From: Lama guanicoe
Lineage: Eukaryota
Reading direction: 5' to 3'
DNA length: 64,000 nt
NCBI GenBank assembly: GCA_013239625.1
Contig: MU055864.1
Location: 1,516,307 to 1,580,306, forward strand
Made by a program: the position numbers and the translations under genes
Notes under the pieces: model-generated
The model's database searches: none
Seen by the model: the letters and a program-made list of their open reading frames with translations, nothing else
Told to the model about the DNA's origin: nothing
Shown here: positions 1 through 12,500 of the stretch, in pieces
Numbering within the stretch: position 1 is the first letter of the stretch
How the letters are laid out: each line of letters starts with the position of its first letter

Positions 1-164
1 ATGATTCGCTATAAAAATGCAAGGTGCTAATATAATGTAAATTAGAAATTCTAATTCAGATTACTTTTTAAAGTATTTATATATTTAACAATACATATAT
101 GAACGTATGTATGTAAAGCTTGTTGAGATGTTTATTTTTTTCTGCCTTATTGTAGATGGGTGAA

Positions 165-250
165 AATCAGGATGGTTTTGTTCAGTTGCATACCCAGCAT
201 CTACCATAGTGTCTTGCACACAATGAGCTTTCCGTAAACATTTATTAACT
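165..250 (+). mobile_element. L2 LINE 3' end fragment
   Basis: ttttgttcagttgcatacccagcatctaccatagtgtcttgcacaca...gtaaacatttatt resembles the L2 3' terminal consensus. Confidence 0.55.
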
Positions 251-670
251 TACTAGCAAACCTGTGATGTTAAGGAAGCTATGTAGTTAATTGCAATAAA
301 CACATGTAACCATAATTCTGTAACATATTAAAATACAGCAGAAATGGAGACTATGGATCATATTACATATGCAAGTATACTTAGGGACTAAATTCCTAGA
401 ACTTTGATTGCTGAGTCCATTACAGATTGCAAAGATACATGTAGATATGTGTTTTTTTTTTTTTTTAATAGGTAACTGTTATTTTGAGTGAAATGAAGAC
501 CTTTTCACATTTGGGGCCTTTTTGCCTCCTTTTCTGCAAACTGTCCCTTGATGCCCTTGCCAGTTTTGTCCCGTCATTGGGCTTTCAGTCTTCTCACATG
601 TGTATTCTCTCTCTCTCGCCTCCTTTCTTTTTTTGATAACAGAGGAACCCTTTATAAATTAGAGAGATTA

Positions 671-747
671 CATTGTAAACTGACCATAACTCAATAAAAT
701 AAAATAAAATAAAATAAAATAAAATAAAATAAAATAAAATAAAATAA
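671..747 (+). mobile_element. extremely 5'-truncated L1 3' end with (AAAAT)10 tail
   Basis: cattgtaaactgaccataactcaataaa resembles the artiodactyl L1 terminus; tail 696-745; flanked by agagatta at 663-670 and 748-755. Confidence 0.7.
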
Positions 748-950
748 AGAGATTAGCCCTTTGTTTTATGACTTGTAAATGCTTTCCTCTTGTCACTAGC
801 CTTCTGACCTTACTTATAATATTTTGGACTTATTTTTCTATTTTATCTACCCCTTTGTCTCCTAGCTTTTGTTAGTTATGTTATTTCTGCTTTTCATCTT
901 TTATAGTACTTAAATTGTATTTCATGATCGTAATTTCCACATTTAGTCGA

Positions 951-974
951 TGTGTGTGTGTGTGAGTGTGTGTG
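951..974. repeat. interrupted (TG)n microsatellite
   Basis: tgtgtgtgtgtgtgagtgtgtgtg. Confidence 0.85.
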
Positions 975-1005
975 AAAAACCTTAAATTATCATAGCAGAT
1001 TTTTT

Positions 1006-1061
1006 CTTAATAAAATTTATTTTTTTATTTTTCCTTAATAAAATTTATTTTTTTATTTTTC
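1006..1061. repeat. perfect 28-bp tandem duplication
   Basis: cttaataaaatttatttttttatttttc at 1006-1033 and again at 1034-1061. Confidence 0.9.
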
Positions 1062-3897
1062 TCTGGCCATTTTCACTTCTTTCAGATTAACTTTATTTTC
1101 ATTTTGTGAAACTTATGACAGAACATTTGTCCAGTGGGAGGACATTTATATGTGGATTTTATTAGCTTCTGTACGTATGGCAAGAAATATCTTAAGCATA
1201 TTTAAAGAGATGATAAACTGAGAAAAATATTTATAACGCAAATGAGAGACAACATACTAATTTCCTTAAATTACAATATTTGAATCTTTAATAAGATGAT
1301 TGGACTCCCAGAGTACATAGACTTATTGTTCAATAAAGTTTACTTGTCTGTTACTTTCCCAAGGATGATTTCAAAGTACCATATCTACTTTGATTTTCTC
1401 TTATCTACTAATTATTAAAAAAATTAAAGAAGCATTTGGAGGCATTTTTTGCTGAATATTTTTAATAAAGCAAACAGGAAACCCTATTGTCATTATAGTT
1501 CTTTCAGCTTTTAGGCAGCTTCAATATGTTAGAGATTAGATATTAAAATATTGTTAAGATAATCTCTATGAAGCTTTTCCTCTGAATAAGTTTTTTGGTA
1601 CATTAATTTTTGATCTATAAATTTTTTTAACCTCATAATCTTTTTACTCATTTAAAAAAAAGAATAACCTCTAAAACAATCTTTGTTTTTGGTTAAAGTT
1701 CTTATACTCTGAGAGTTACGGTTGCTCATAGGGGGCTTTGGTTTTTGAATCTTTTCTTGAATATCTGTGCAATAGTGGAGTGTTTGCATATAAGACTCTA
1801 AGTAGTATATAGCAACAGAAAAATCACTGCATATTAAACTATACTTACCTAAATTGTGTAGCTATAACTAGATAGTTAAAAGCTTATTTAAATGACTATG
1901 AATTTTGTAGTATGTGTTGAGTGCTGATGTATATTGCATAATTTATTCATAGTTTTGAAATTAAAAAGGAAATGTCTCCAGGACTCTAGGTGGTTGATTA
2001 TACTGTGATTTCAATGCAGTTTTAGAAAAGATTTTTGGTATAATTAAATTTACCTATTTGACTTTGTATGGTATCAGGGCTGTCTCTGGAAAGCTTTTAC
2101 TTTGTCTCCTCCTATATTACCATCACTAGTGTTATAAGTAATAATACTTTTAAGGGTGAGCAAAGTGGACTTAAGCGTCCACTATCAGGAGAGTTTACTC
2201 TCTAAATATCATGCTACAAGGATTAAATTAGTAAGTGTTATGTAAAGACCAATATTCAGAATATAGGAAGCCTGCAAATAGAAAGTCAAAAAGTGTCTTT
2301 TAAAGTTTATCATCTGAAGTGGGTAAAATAAGTGAGAAATGGTTTAAGAAGTTCAGTAAAATAGCATTTCCAGAGGAATTGTTTCGAGTGTACGGACATA
2401 ACATAAAGATATGCAGAAGCTATAGTGGCAAGAACAAAATTAGGCAGAAATAAATCCCTGGTCAAGCAGAAGGATGCTTACAGGATATGTACAGAAAAAT
2501 CAGCTAACTTACTGAGGGAAGATTTGGGAACTTTTTCTTGTGAAAATTTTGTTTACATCTTTTATCAAAACATTCATTTATTATAAACATTTTATGTACT
2601 TAAGGAATTTTTTGTATCACTGTGTTATATTTTAATATATTGATATTTTGTTAATATATAAAATAACCTGAAAGTGCTGAATTTGAGTACATTTCTCTTC
2701 AGAATGAGTTTTTGATGAAAGTTCATAAAAATGGGGCCATAATATTTTGTGGTGGAGGCTGTTCAGAACTACACGGTGCATGTCTGTCTGTTGACGGACG
2801 TTCACAGGCCCCTGTGCACTCAGAGTCCATGGAAGGCATTGTACACCTTACTGTTGTGGGTTTTTGATGGGTGGAAAATTGGATGAGATGCGTGATAACT
2901 GTGTGGGTAAAGTGAATGAGCCGTCACCGCAGAAACCGTTGCTCTTTGGAGATCAGCACTGACGAAGTAACGACCCACATAGTTGACGTACAATTAGGAT
3001 TGATACTAATGTATCAAAGACAAAACCTGCAGTAATAATTAAGTACTTGAGATCAGCAGGCATCCGTAGAGGCATCTGTCCCACTCTCTCTTGTCCTTAG
3101 GGAATGGTGATACTTCACATGTGTTAGAAGTGGTGTTGCTGGGGTTCGCTGAATCTTAATGTTAACATGTAAGTCCAAGGTATGTCATAAAGGGGAGAAG
3201 TCTCTGCAACTTATAAGCGGAAATAAGTTATTAATAGAGTTTCTTTGGAAGAATCTTAGTTTTTAGGTATGTGCATACTGTATCAGTATATTAATATATT
3301 AATCTACTTAATTTTTATCTATTTATCAGGATTAATCATTCCTGATGGTAAAATTATGTTTTACCAAGATGAGGTTTGCATTAAAAGCAGCTTGCTCATT
3401 TTGTCGGCTTTTATGGGAATTGCAGGGATTGTGGGTGGAAGTCAGTCTTTGGTTATTTGGGGCTAAGAATACTATAGAATATTATTTTTATGATTTTATT
3501 AAATGTGTATCTTGATTGTTTTATTCATGAACCTTAGAACTTGTTATGGTTTATGTAATTTTACTTGATTGAAATGAGTCACTTCTTGTTTAAGATGAAA
3601 GGAAGAGCTGGGGGAAAAAATGCTGCTTAGGTGTGAAAGATAGTGGAGTAAGTTAAAGGCAAAACATCTCTCCTCAGTGCTTTTCAGAAGCTCTCAGTTA
3701 GATTATTTATAATCGTGTGTACCTGATTGAAATATACTCTGCATACTATGTAATATAAACAACTTGGAATTTTCTTCCCACTTAAAAATTTTCTTATCCT
3801 TAAAGAGAATGCAGTTATCTTTGAATTGAGTTCTTTAGGTGAAGAATTTCATGACAGTAGTAATTACAGTTTGATTTTTATCCTTTTTGTTTGTGTT

Positions 3898-4046
3898 ATT
3901 ATTTTTTATTTTTATTTATTATTGTATTATTTTATTTGGGGGGAGGTAATTAGGTTTATTTATTTCTGGAGGAGATACTGGGGATTGAACCCAGGACCTC
4001 ATGCATGCTAAGCATGCGCTCTACCACTTGAGCTATACCCTCCTCC
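3898..4046 (-). mobile_element. vic-1 camelid tRNA-Ala-derived SINE, full length
   Basis: Minus strand GGAGGGTATAGCTCAAGTGGTAGAGCGCATGCTTAGCATGCATGAGGTCCTGGGTTCAATCCCCAG, then AATAAACCTAATTACCTCCCCCC and an A-rich tail; TSD tttgtttgtgtt at 3886-3897 and 4048-4059. Confidence 0.92.
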
Positions 4047-4109
4047 GTTTGTTTGTGTTCATGTGCACTGTTGATGTGACATACTACTGGGGATGGAACG
4101 TTAACTAGC

Positions 4110-4320
4110 TCTGAAGTAAGACCGTTCTGAGGTTGAAGATTTGCTCTACTCATTCATATGACTTTGGACGAGTTACTTACTCTCTTTATGAACCTCTGTT
4201 TGCCCATCTGTCAAATATGAAAATGCAGAGTCTCCTAGTTTAACCCCAAAGTTAAATGAAATCTTTTCTTTTTTTCTTAGCCCAGTGCCTGTGACATTAT
4301 AGAGGATTAATAAATGTTCC
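4110..4320 (+). mobile_element. MIR SINE
   Basis: Core tgactttggacgagttacttactctct...cctctgtttgcccatctgtcaaa and tail cttagcccagtgcctg...taataaatgtt. Confidence 0.7.
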
Positions 4321-4872
4321 ATCTATCTTTAATGCTGTTGGTTAATGTAAAATTTTCTACTCTTCCAGTATTATTAGAAATAATCTTATATTTCTTTAGC
4401 TACATTTTTTAAGGTAGAAAACAGGATAAAATTTAAGTAATATTAGTTTTATTTGTCTATCAGCCTATCGAATTGCCAAGATTACAGTAGAAATAATGCT
4501 CAACATCGACTTGAATGCTGTGGGCCTTCCCACACTGTGTTTAGTCACATGTATTGGTACACTTTTTGCAGGGACAATTTGTACATGTACTTCGAAAGCA
4601 CTGAAACTATTATAATGTTTTGATTTAGTGATTTCATTGCTTTGAATTCATGCATAGGATACAATCAGAGTTGAGCACACTGCTGCAGCTCAGGGAATTT
4701 AGAAATCACTGATTATCCAGTAGTTGGGGTAAATCCTTATGGTTGAATAACAATCAGATACTAAAATAATGTTTTTGAAGAAATAGTGATGATAACATTA
4801 AGTAAAAAAATGGTCGCAGTAGTGGATTTCTCCAGTTTTGTTAAAAACACAGAGTTATAATTCTGTTTGTAG

Positions 4873-4873
<1 letters not shown>

Positions 4874-4923
<50 letters not shown>
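4874..4923. repeat. (CA)25 microsatellite
   Basis: Perfect CA run. Confidence 0.97.
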
Positions 4924-4927
<4 letters not shown>

Positions 4928-5236
4928 GTGCCAAGACAGTAATAACAGCTCTCTCTGGGAGGTGTGATCCTAGGCGATTTCTGTTTTTCTCCTTATGCTT
5001 CTCTCTATTTTCCTCCGTTTTCTATAATGGATATGCTTTCCTTTTGTTGCGCTAACATGGGAAACACCTTTTGAGTTTAGAGCACCTCCACCAGTGCAGG
5101 GGAGACCCACACCTCCTAGTGAGGTGATGCACCTCTTAGTTACTCCAGGACATGATTAGCAACGAAAACCTTTATGGGAAACAGCATATGGCTCAATTAG
5201 AGAGTAAATCCATGTTTTACAAATTTCATCTTTTAG

Positions 5237-5391
5237 AGTCCAAACCCACTGTTTGACCTGCTGGTTCTAACGGAGTCGCAGTCGCGAGAGGAAGCGGATG
5301 CCATCCGCACCGCTGTCCGGCAGCAGCTCCAGAAAGAGCTGATGGCTCTTTTCAATACCTTGCTGCTCAGTTTCGGGGCAGTTGCTGACAG
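5237..5391 (+). CDS. RTTN: rotatin coding exon (~27), 155 nt, phase 0/2
   Basis: ttttag|AGT...GACAG|gtacc; [51 protein letters not shown](R). Not in the ORF track. A second AG 2 nt downstream makes the start slightly ambiguous. Confidence 0.92.
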
Positions 5392-5579
5392 GTACCGTCT
5401 GTATCATCAGAGGTTTGGGAATGTTTGTACCGAATCTAGTTTTCTTTTGATTTCCAAAGAGTCTTACTTTCTACTTGTTTCAAATTAAAAGGAGGAAGGA
5501 CTTCAGTAAAAATCAGTTGTGGTGGTCTGTTTGTTTTTGTGTCAGTGGAATTTCTGAGGTAGCCTGATTGCAATTTCAT

Positions 5580-5580
<1 letters not shown>

Positions 5581-5604
<24 letters not shown>
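5581..5604. repeat. (CA)12 microsatellite
   Basis: Perfect CA run. Confidence 0.95.
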
Positions 5605-5611
<7 letters not shown>

Positions 5612-5751
5612 GTTGTCTCTAGGTTTTAGTTCTTGGTTCTCTCTCTTAATTTTCTATATATTTACCTGAGCAGTCATACCCATTTCTGTGACTTTACAAC
5701 TGTTTTTGCTTTGATGATTTTCAAATGTATATCAGGAAATCTGACTTAAAA

Positions 5752-5958
5752 ATTTTTTTAATTAGATAAAGTTCACAAATTAGATAAATTTTAGCCATTG
5801 TAAAGTGTACAATTGAGTGGATTTTGGTATATTTACAATATATAGGTTGTGCCACTGTTACTACTTAATTCCAGACATTTTCATTGCCCCAAAGAGAAAC
5901 TTTGTATCCATTAAGCAGTCCCTCCCCATTCAGCCCTTACTCAAGCCCCTGGCAGCCA
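5752..5958 (-). mobile_element. L1MB-type LINE 3' end, cut by the gap
   Basis: taaagtgtacaattgagtgg...ttccagacattttcattgccccaaagagaaac...ccattaagcagtc...cccctggcagcca is the typical antisense L1MB terminus. Confidence 0.75.
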
Positions 5959-6102
5959 NNNNNNNNNNNNNNNNNNNNNNNNNNNNNNNNNNNNNNNNNN
6001 NNNNNNNNNNNNNNNNNNNNNNNNNNNNNNNNNNNNNNNNNNNNNNNNNNNNNNNNNNNNNNNNNNNNNNNNNNNNNNNNNNNNNNNNNNNNNNNNNNNN
6101 NN
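5959..6102. other. assembly gap (144 N)
   Basis: Run of n. Confidence 1.
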
Positions 6103-6400
6103 GACTACAGAAAAGAACTAAATACAAATTATATACACGAGAAATACAATTCCTAAAGCAAAGAATTCATTGCATGGGCTTAACAGCAGACTAGACACTG
6201 TTGAAGAGAGGATTAGTCAATTCAGACTACAAGTCAGTAGGAGTTTCACTGGAGAGGGATGCCTTGGAACCTCTAAGGTGCTGAGAATGTTTTGTACATT
6301 GTTATGCCTGATGGTTACATGATGATACATGTGTGTGAACCACCCCGTGGTGTATACCTAAGATTTGTGAATTTTGCTGTGTGCGGTTATTCATGCCTCA
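6103..6400 (+). mobile_element. old L1 fragments (ORF1-like piece followed by a 3' end piece)
   Basis: atgggcttaacagcagactagacactgttgaagagaggattagt is ORF1-like; ggttacatg...tatacctaagatttgtgaattttgctgt is an L1ME/MC-type 3' end. Confidence 0.6.
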
Positions 6401-7333
6401 GTAGAGTGCTGAAGACAAGAACAAAGCCAGTCCAAGGACAGCAGAGTCTGGGCAGCTGGACCTAGAATGTATATAAGAATTTCCCGGGTGGGAATTTCCT
6501 TGTACAAATATTAACATCAGGAGCTCAAGAATCTACATAGTAAACCAGCACCACAGGTGGTCCTTGGACTGGACTTTGAGAAACGGTGGTCTCTCACTGT
6601 TCTCTGTGTGAATTTTGATGTTAAGGAGAGGAGTGTGGAGACACTTCCTTTTATGAGTAGGTCAAGGGCAGATTAGGAAATTAACATCTTTAGAAATCAT
6701 ATACTTATATCCCTACACCTCTGTGATGGAATAGGTAATAATACCATTAATAGTCTCAGTTTTGGAATCTAAAGATCTGTAAAACTAAAGAAATTTCAGA
6801 TTTTATTCAGTATGTTGTTATACAGTGATATTTTCCTTCCAGGAATTAGACCTTTGGATCCATGCTTGGCCACTTAATTTTAGGAATTTTGTTTTCTAGT
6901 AGAAGATGTTGTCTTAATTGTTCTGTTTCTGATAGTTTTGTTTAAGTTATGTGTGAAAACGTATTAAAAGCTTTTCCTTTTATTTTAGCTTTCTGAGGAA
7001 AAAAAGCAATACATTTTAGTTGATTAAAAATTCAATTTTTTACTGATACTGAATGATCGAAAGTATAGTTTTAATGTATGCATTTACTTTTCCATCCCAG
7101 CTTTGTTTCATTACCAGGTGGCAATAGCAGTATCTGTTTATGCATTTCTCAGTGTAATTGTTGCTTGTCTTTCACACCACGTACTCTAGGTGGCACAGTA
7201 GTTGCGTTAGCCTTGGAAAGTCTTGTTTTGAGAGGAGACGTTTTCTGCCATTTCCACCAGATCACACATTTCTGATAGAGTAGGTTGCTAGTAACCTTCC
7301 GTCACCAGTCAGAAAGCCCAGTGAGCCCAGTAG

Positions 7334-7618
<285 letters not shown>

Positions 7619-7619
7619 T

Positions 7620-7760
7620 AACAGCAATAGCAATCTTGCCAATAATAGCTATTTACTGTTGTTGATCACTCAGGGTGTGCCAGGCACGACGTTAGGTGCA
7701 CTGAATGTATTACTGTATTTAATGTAGATCATTACTCCGTTTTTGGCTCATCAGAATGAG
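7620..7760 (-). mobile_element. MIR fragment
   Basis: aataatagctattta...gtgtgccaggcac...tgtattactgtatttaat. Confidence 0.55.
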
Positions 7761-7909
7761 TGTTCTCACAAGGATAAATGTACAAATGATATTTATTAGC
7801 AAATGTGCAAGTAGAATCACTTCTATGAATATACTTATTTGCTACAAAAGTAAGGCTTACATTTAATCAAGCCCCTTCGTTAGGGTAACTTTTTTGTATA
7901 TATTGCTTA

Positions 7910-9590
7910 ACACTTTTATTTGTGAAATAGAACACATATGTGGAAAATACACAAAACATAAATATATAGCTATCAATTATCACATAATGGACACCCAGGT
8001 AGCCAGCACCTAGGAGCTTTGCCATACCCCTTCCAGTCTCCTCCTCCCCTGAAAGGTAGTTGTTATTTTGATTTTTATGGTAATCTCTTCTTTGCATAGT
8101 TTTGCCACTTAACTATGTGTCCATGTATACAATAATCCCTGATTCTTTCAGTTTTGTTAAATGAAATCATATGTCTGGCTGCTTTCTTTCTAATGTTATG
8201 CTTGTAAGAGTTGCTCACTTTGTTTCCTGTAGGTGGAGTTAGTTTAACTTCATTTTTGTATAGTATTCTCTCTACTACAGTGTTGAAGGACATCTAGCTT
8301 CTCTTTTTCTTCCAGTTTAGAACAGTTTTGGATACTGCTGCTATGAACATTCTTGTTCCGTGTTAAAAATTAGTATATCTTTTTAAAAAAATTTTTTTCT
8401 AACTATTCTTGATATTTGGAAATGTATTCTGTTTTTATATGTTAATCATGTACCCAGCGATCCTTGTTTCCAAACTCAGAGGAACAGCCTTTCATGTTTC
8501 ATCTTTTAGAAGCTGTTTATGGCAGTTTTTTCAATTAATTAAAGAAAAGTGAGAATAAGGACCTTTTCTTCTAGTATTACTTTGCTAAGATTTTTAAAAA
8601 TCATAAATAAGTTTTTCTGAACCTTTTAAGACAATCTTTTTTTTTCTTCTGTATTCTATTAAGGTAGTGGATTATTTTTGTTTATTTAAAAAGTGTTAAG
8701 CAAACTTACATTTCTGGAAAAGTTTCAACTCGTTTGTGATGGATTATTCTTTTTATATATAGACAGATTTAGTTTGTTAACACTTGGAATTATTCTACCT
8801 ATTTTCATGGGGAAAATGTTTTTAGAATTATTCCATCTATCTTCTTTCTCATAAAACTTTTGTCAGGTTTTAATATCAAAAGAAGTCCATACTTCCATGT
8901 ATATAATTTTCTCTTTTTCTTTATTATAACTGTCTCTTTTTTTCTTCCTTGGAATAGTTGATTTGAATTGGTATTATTTTTTTCCTCAAATGTTAATTAG
9001 AATTTGTTGGTAAAGCAATCTGAGACTGGAATTTTCTTTTGGGGAAGATTATAGATGAATTGAATTTTTAAAGTAGATCTGGAATGACTCAGGTTTCCTA
9101 TTTTTTTTTTGTGGTCAGTCTTACTTAGCAAGCTGTGTTTCATTGGAATTTTATCTGAATTTTCAAATTCACTGCCCTAAAATTTTTCATCAGATCATCT
9201 TATTTTTCTAATATCTGTCAGGTCTGTAGTGAGGTCCCATTTCATTCCAGACATTAATTACTTCTCCTCCTCAGCTTTCTACACTGGTCTTACTACTGGT
9301 TTGTGTATTTCATTAGTCTTTTCAAAGAATGAACCTTTGTCTTTGTTGATCCCCTCTTTAATATTTTTCCCTTTTTTATTAATTTCTGTTTAAATTTATT
9401 TCCTTCATATTTTGGTATAATTTATGACTCTTTTTCTACTAAAATTTTTAAGGTAGAGAGTCTTCATTGATTTTTTTTTCTTTTCTCAAAAATGTATTTT
9501 TAGTTCTAATTACCTTCTAAGCATGACCTTAACTTTATTCTACGCATTCTGATCTGGCATGTTTTCGTCATCACTGAGTCCAACGTATTG
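7910..9590 (-). mobile_element. degenerate L1M (L1ME-like) 3' UTR and ORF2 fragments
   Basis: T-rich antisense L1 motifs: ctgctgctatgaacattcttgt, tctgtagtgaggtcccatttcattcc, gtcttttcaaagaatgaacctttg. Confidence 0.7.
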
Positions 9591-12500
9591 TCAGAACGCA
9601 CAGTGGGCATGACAAGGACGTGTTTCTGTAAGAGGACAGCTTCGCCGTGGTGCCCTGGCCGCCTTGAGTGTGTGCACGTGGGCCACGTCGTCTGGGCTAG
9701 CTGCGGCTGGTCTGAGCTTTGCCAGAGCTTCCTGTAATCCTTCCGGAGCGCGAGAGACTTGTAAGGGTCGTTCTCTTCACTCTCTCAGGAAGTCTGTCAC
9801 GGGCCTGTTTTTGGCCTCCTGGGTTCTGACGAGCAGGCTTGCTGCCTCGCTGCCCTCGGGGTGCGGCAGCGGGCCGTGCAGGGTCTAGCTGCAGCCTGGC
9901 GTGGCCTCGGCCAGAGTGCTCTGTGCCGCCCCGCTGTTTGCTGGCCGCTTTGCTTCACTGCCACCCTGTGAAAGGGACGCTGGGAATTGACGCCTTTGCG
10001 TGCTTTTGCTTATGCTTTTTATGAAAGTAGTAAGCTGTCTGAGTCCAAAAATGACGCATCATCTCCTTGGTGACCGGCTCTGTCTGCGTTGCTTGCCTTG
10101 AAGCCAGAGGTTGGCGTCTTTAACAGCGTTAGGAATTGAGGAAAGGCTCCTGGAGGAGGCCGTGTAGAGAGAGGTTTTGGAAGATGAATAAACTGGTCAG
10201 AAGTGATGGGTGCTCTAGACGTGGAATGTATTGACCAAATCATCTATAACTTCCTATTCCTTCTCATGCTGCACGTTCCTACTTGCCCCGCGTCTCTGCC
10301 CACCACCAGATCATCCTTCAAAACAGAAACCTTTCAATCCAGATCTCCGTTTTCAAGTGCTTAACGCTCTCTATAATCTTTCATTTTGAGTCTTATCTCC
10401 ATTTTTGTCTTTTTTCCCACATCTCTTGAAGTTTCAGTTATATTTGACTCTTCTCATTAAATAAAAAAAGCATAGTTAAAAAGTCTGTTTCTTTCACACA
10501 GTTCTTCTCTTTTTGGGTGGCAGCGTCTGCACAGAGTTTTAGATCTCATATTCATTTACCTTCCTGTAGGAAGCCTTCTCCTATTCTTCCAGTCATCCAG
10601 CAAATATTATTTGACTGACTGGTCTCTTCTACAGGTTATGTGCCTACAGCAGTTCATATATGCCACTATTATGGTGCTTAATATTTTGTCTTTTTATCTT
10701 GTTTTATGCTTTGATCTATTATACTGTAAGCTTGTAAGAATTATCTTTGGACCATTTCTACTATCCCACAGCTCCCCATTAGTCTAGCACAGTGATTTGT
10801 ACATGGTGGACAAATAATGAGTAATTTAATTTATTTGTATCTTACATATGATTTTTAAATTAGAATAAAGTTTGAATAACATTGGAAGTGTGACGTAAAT
10901 AAAAGTAAGTGATGTGTGTTTAATTTTTGTATTTTCATTATTAAATAATGCTTTAAGTGATGCTGGTGTATACAGCTGTAAGTCATGCTTCAGATGATCT
11001 CATCTAGGATTTGTTTCCAAAGTGCTTTTTTTTGTTTTTTAAAAAAGGCTTCAAAATCCCAAATACAGTCAGCTGTACTATAAAATTTAATATAAATTTT
11101 AGTGAAGCCACTTTAATGAAATATTTTTTATCTTGTATAATTATAAATACTGAAAAAGGGCAGACTGCCAATATATTAATTATCTCATACTTCAAGGGGT
11201 CCATGATCAGAAATGTATGAATTTTTAGAACAGATATATTATCTAAAGACTTAAACCATAATGTTTTTTAAAAAGACAGCTCCTCCAGTGCATTTAAAAT
11301 AATTCAGTCCACAAGTATCTAATTTATAGCATTATTTATAACGTGACTTATAAATACTCCATTTATAAATCTTGTGGAATACATCTCCTCTATAAAGTGA
11401 TGTTTGTTTCAGACCAGGGATACGTGAGGACCTACTACAGCTGTAGTTGAAGTTAAGTGTTAGATTGTTTCTGTTCAGAAACCATCAGAAGTACTTCTGT
11501 TTGTAAAATTGCGTTAAGAGAAGAGACATCAGATCACAGCTGTGTTTCAAATACCTGAAATTAAAATGAGCTTTCTGTGTTATTGGAGAACAAAGGGGAT
11601 TAGTTTTAGGTAAGAAGTCTAGGCAAAATGGCAATAATATCATTCTAAGCTCAGTTGTCTTTGAGGTAATAAAAATCAGTTTATTAGCTAAGGAATCGAT
11701 AAAAAGTATGATTCTTGTTTTATACTACTTCACAGTTATGAAAACCTGATTAACGAATCTTGATTTGGTATAAACAGAGGAATGCATTTATGCTTCATAC
11801 AACGTTTTGGGAAGAAAATCTTTTTATTTTTACATTAAATGACAGGAAAATAATATGGAAAATTCTGTCACTTTTGTTAGAAATTGTGACAGTCATATTT
11901 AATCTTATTTGGGTCCTTCTGCTTAGTTACTTAATTAGCTAACAGATTTTTTAATTTTACTACTGACTAAGTTGATCTTTCATATAAAAGTCATGTTTAT
12001 GTGAATGCACACTGAATTGTCAGTCCAAGTGATTTGCTTCCTAGTTTCTCACTAATAAAAGCTGAGTCCTTTTCAGGTGGGAGCTGTAATTTATCATCAG
12101 ATATTTTGTTTCTGCACAGTGAAATTTGAATTTGAGTATTTACTTTTTCTGATTGAGAAATGAGACTCAGACTAAGTGTGATTCATTATGATAGGTGAAT
12201 AAACTATGATAATTAAATCCTTAAAAATTATACATGAAGTATAATTCCAGGGACCTGACATAAAGTCAAGTTGAAAGGAGACAATATCCAGGTCCTTGGC
12301 TTGTCCCATGTGAGCTAGAACTGAAACCATGACAAAATAGCTGGCTCCAGTGACTTTAGGCAGATAGTAAGGACTTGATCATTCAGGTATCTTAACTTCT
12401 AAGACAGTCCCTTAAAGCTTTAAATTTTTAATTATGGAAAGTCTTAAACACATGCATACGCAGAAAGAACAGGAGATCAGAGCCCACGGAGCTGTCACCT

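Noticed and set aside
2703-2867. Acceptor-like ttctcttcag followed by about 54 open codons, considered as the preceding RTTN exon
   Set aside because: The peptide NEFLMKVHKNG... does not resemble rotatin and ends in a stop.
3956-4153. 65-aa minus-strand ORF, and a bona fide tRNA-Ala gene call
   Set aside because: The ORF is a translation of the vic-1 SINE. TSDs and the SINE tail argue against a true tRNA gene.
5817-6194. ORFs containing X runs
   Set aside because: They are artefacts of reading through the N gap.
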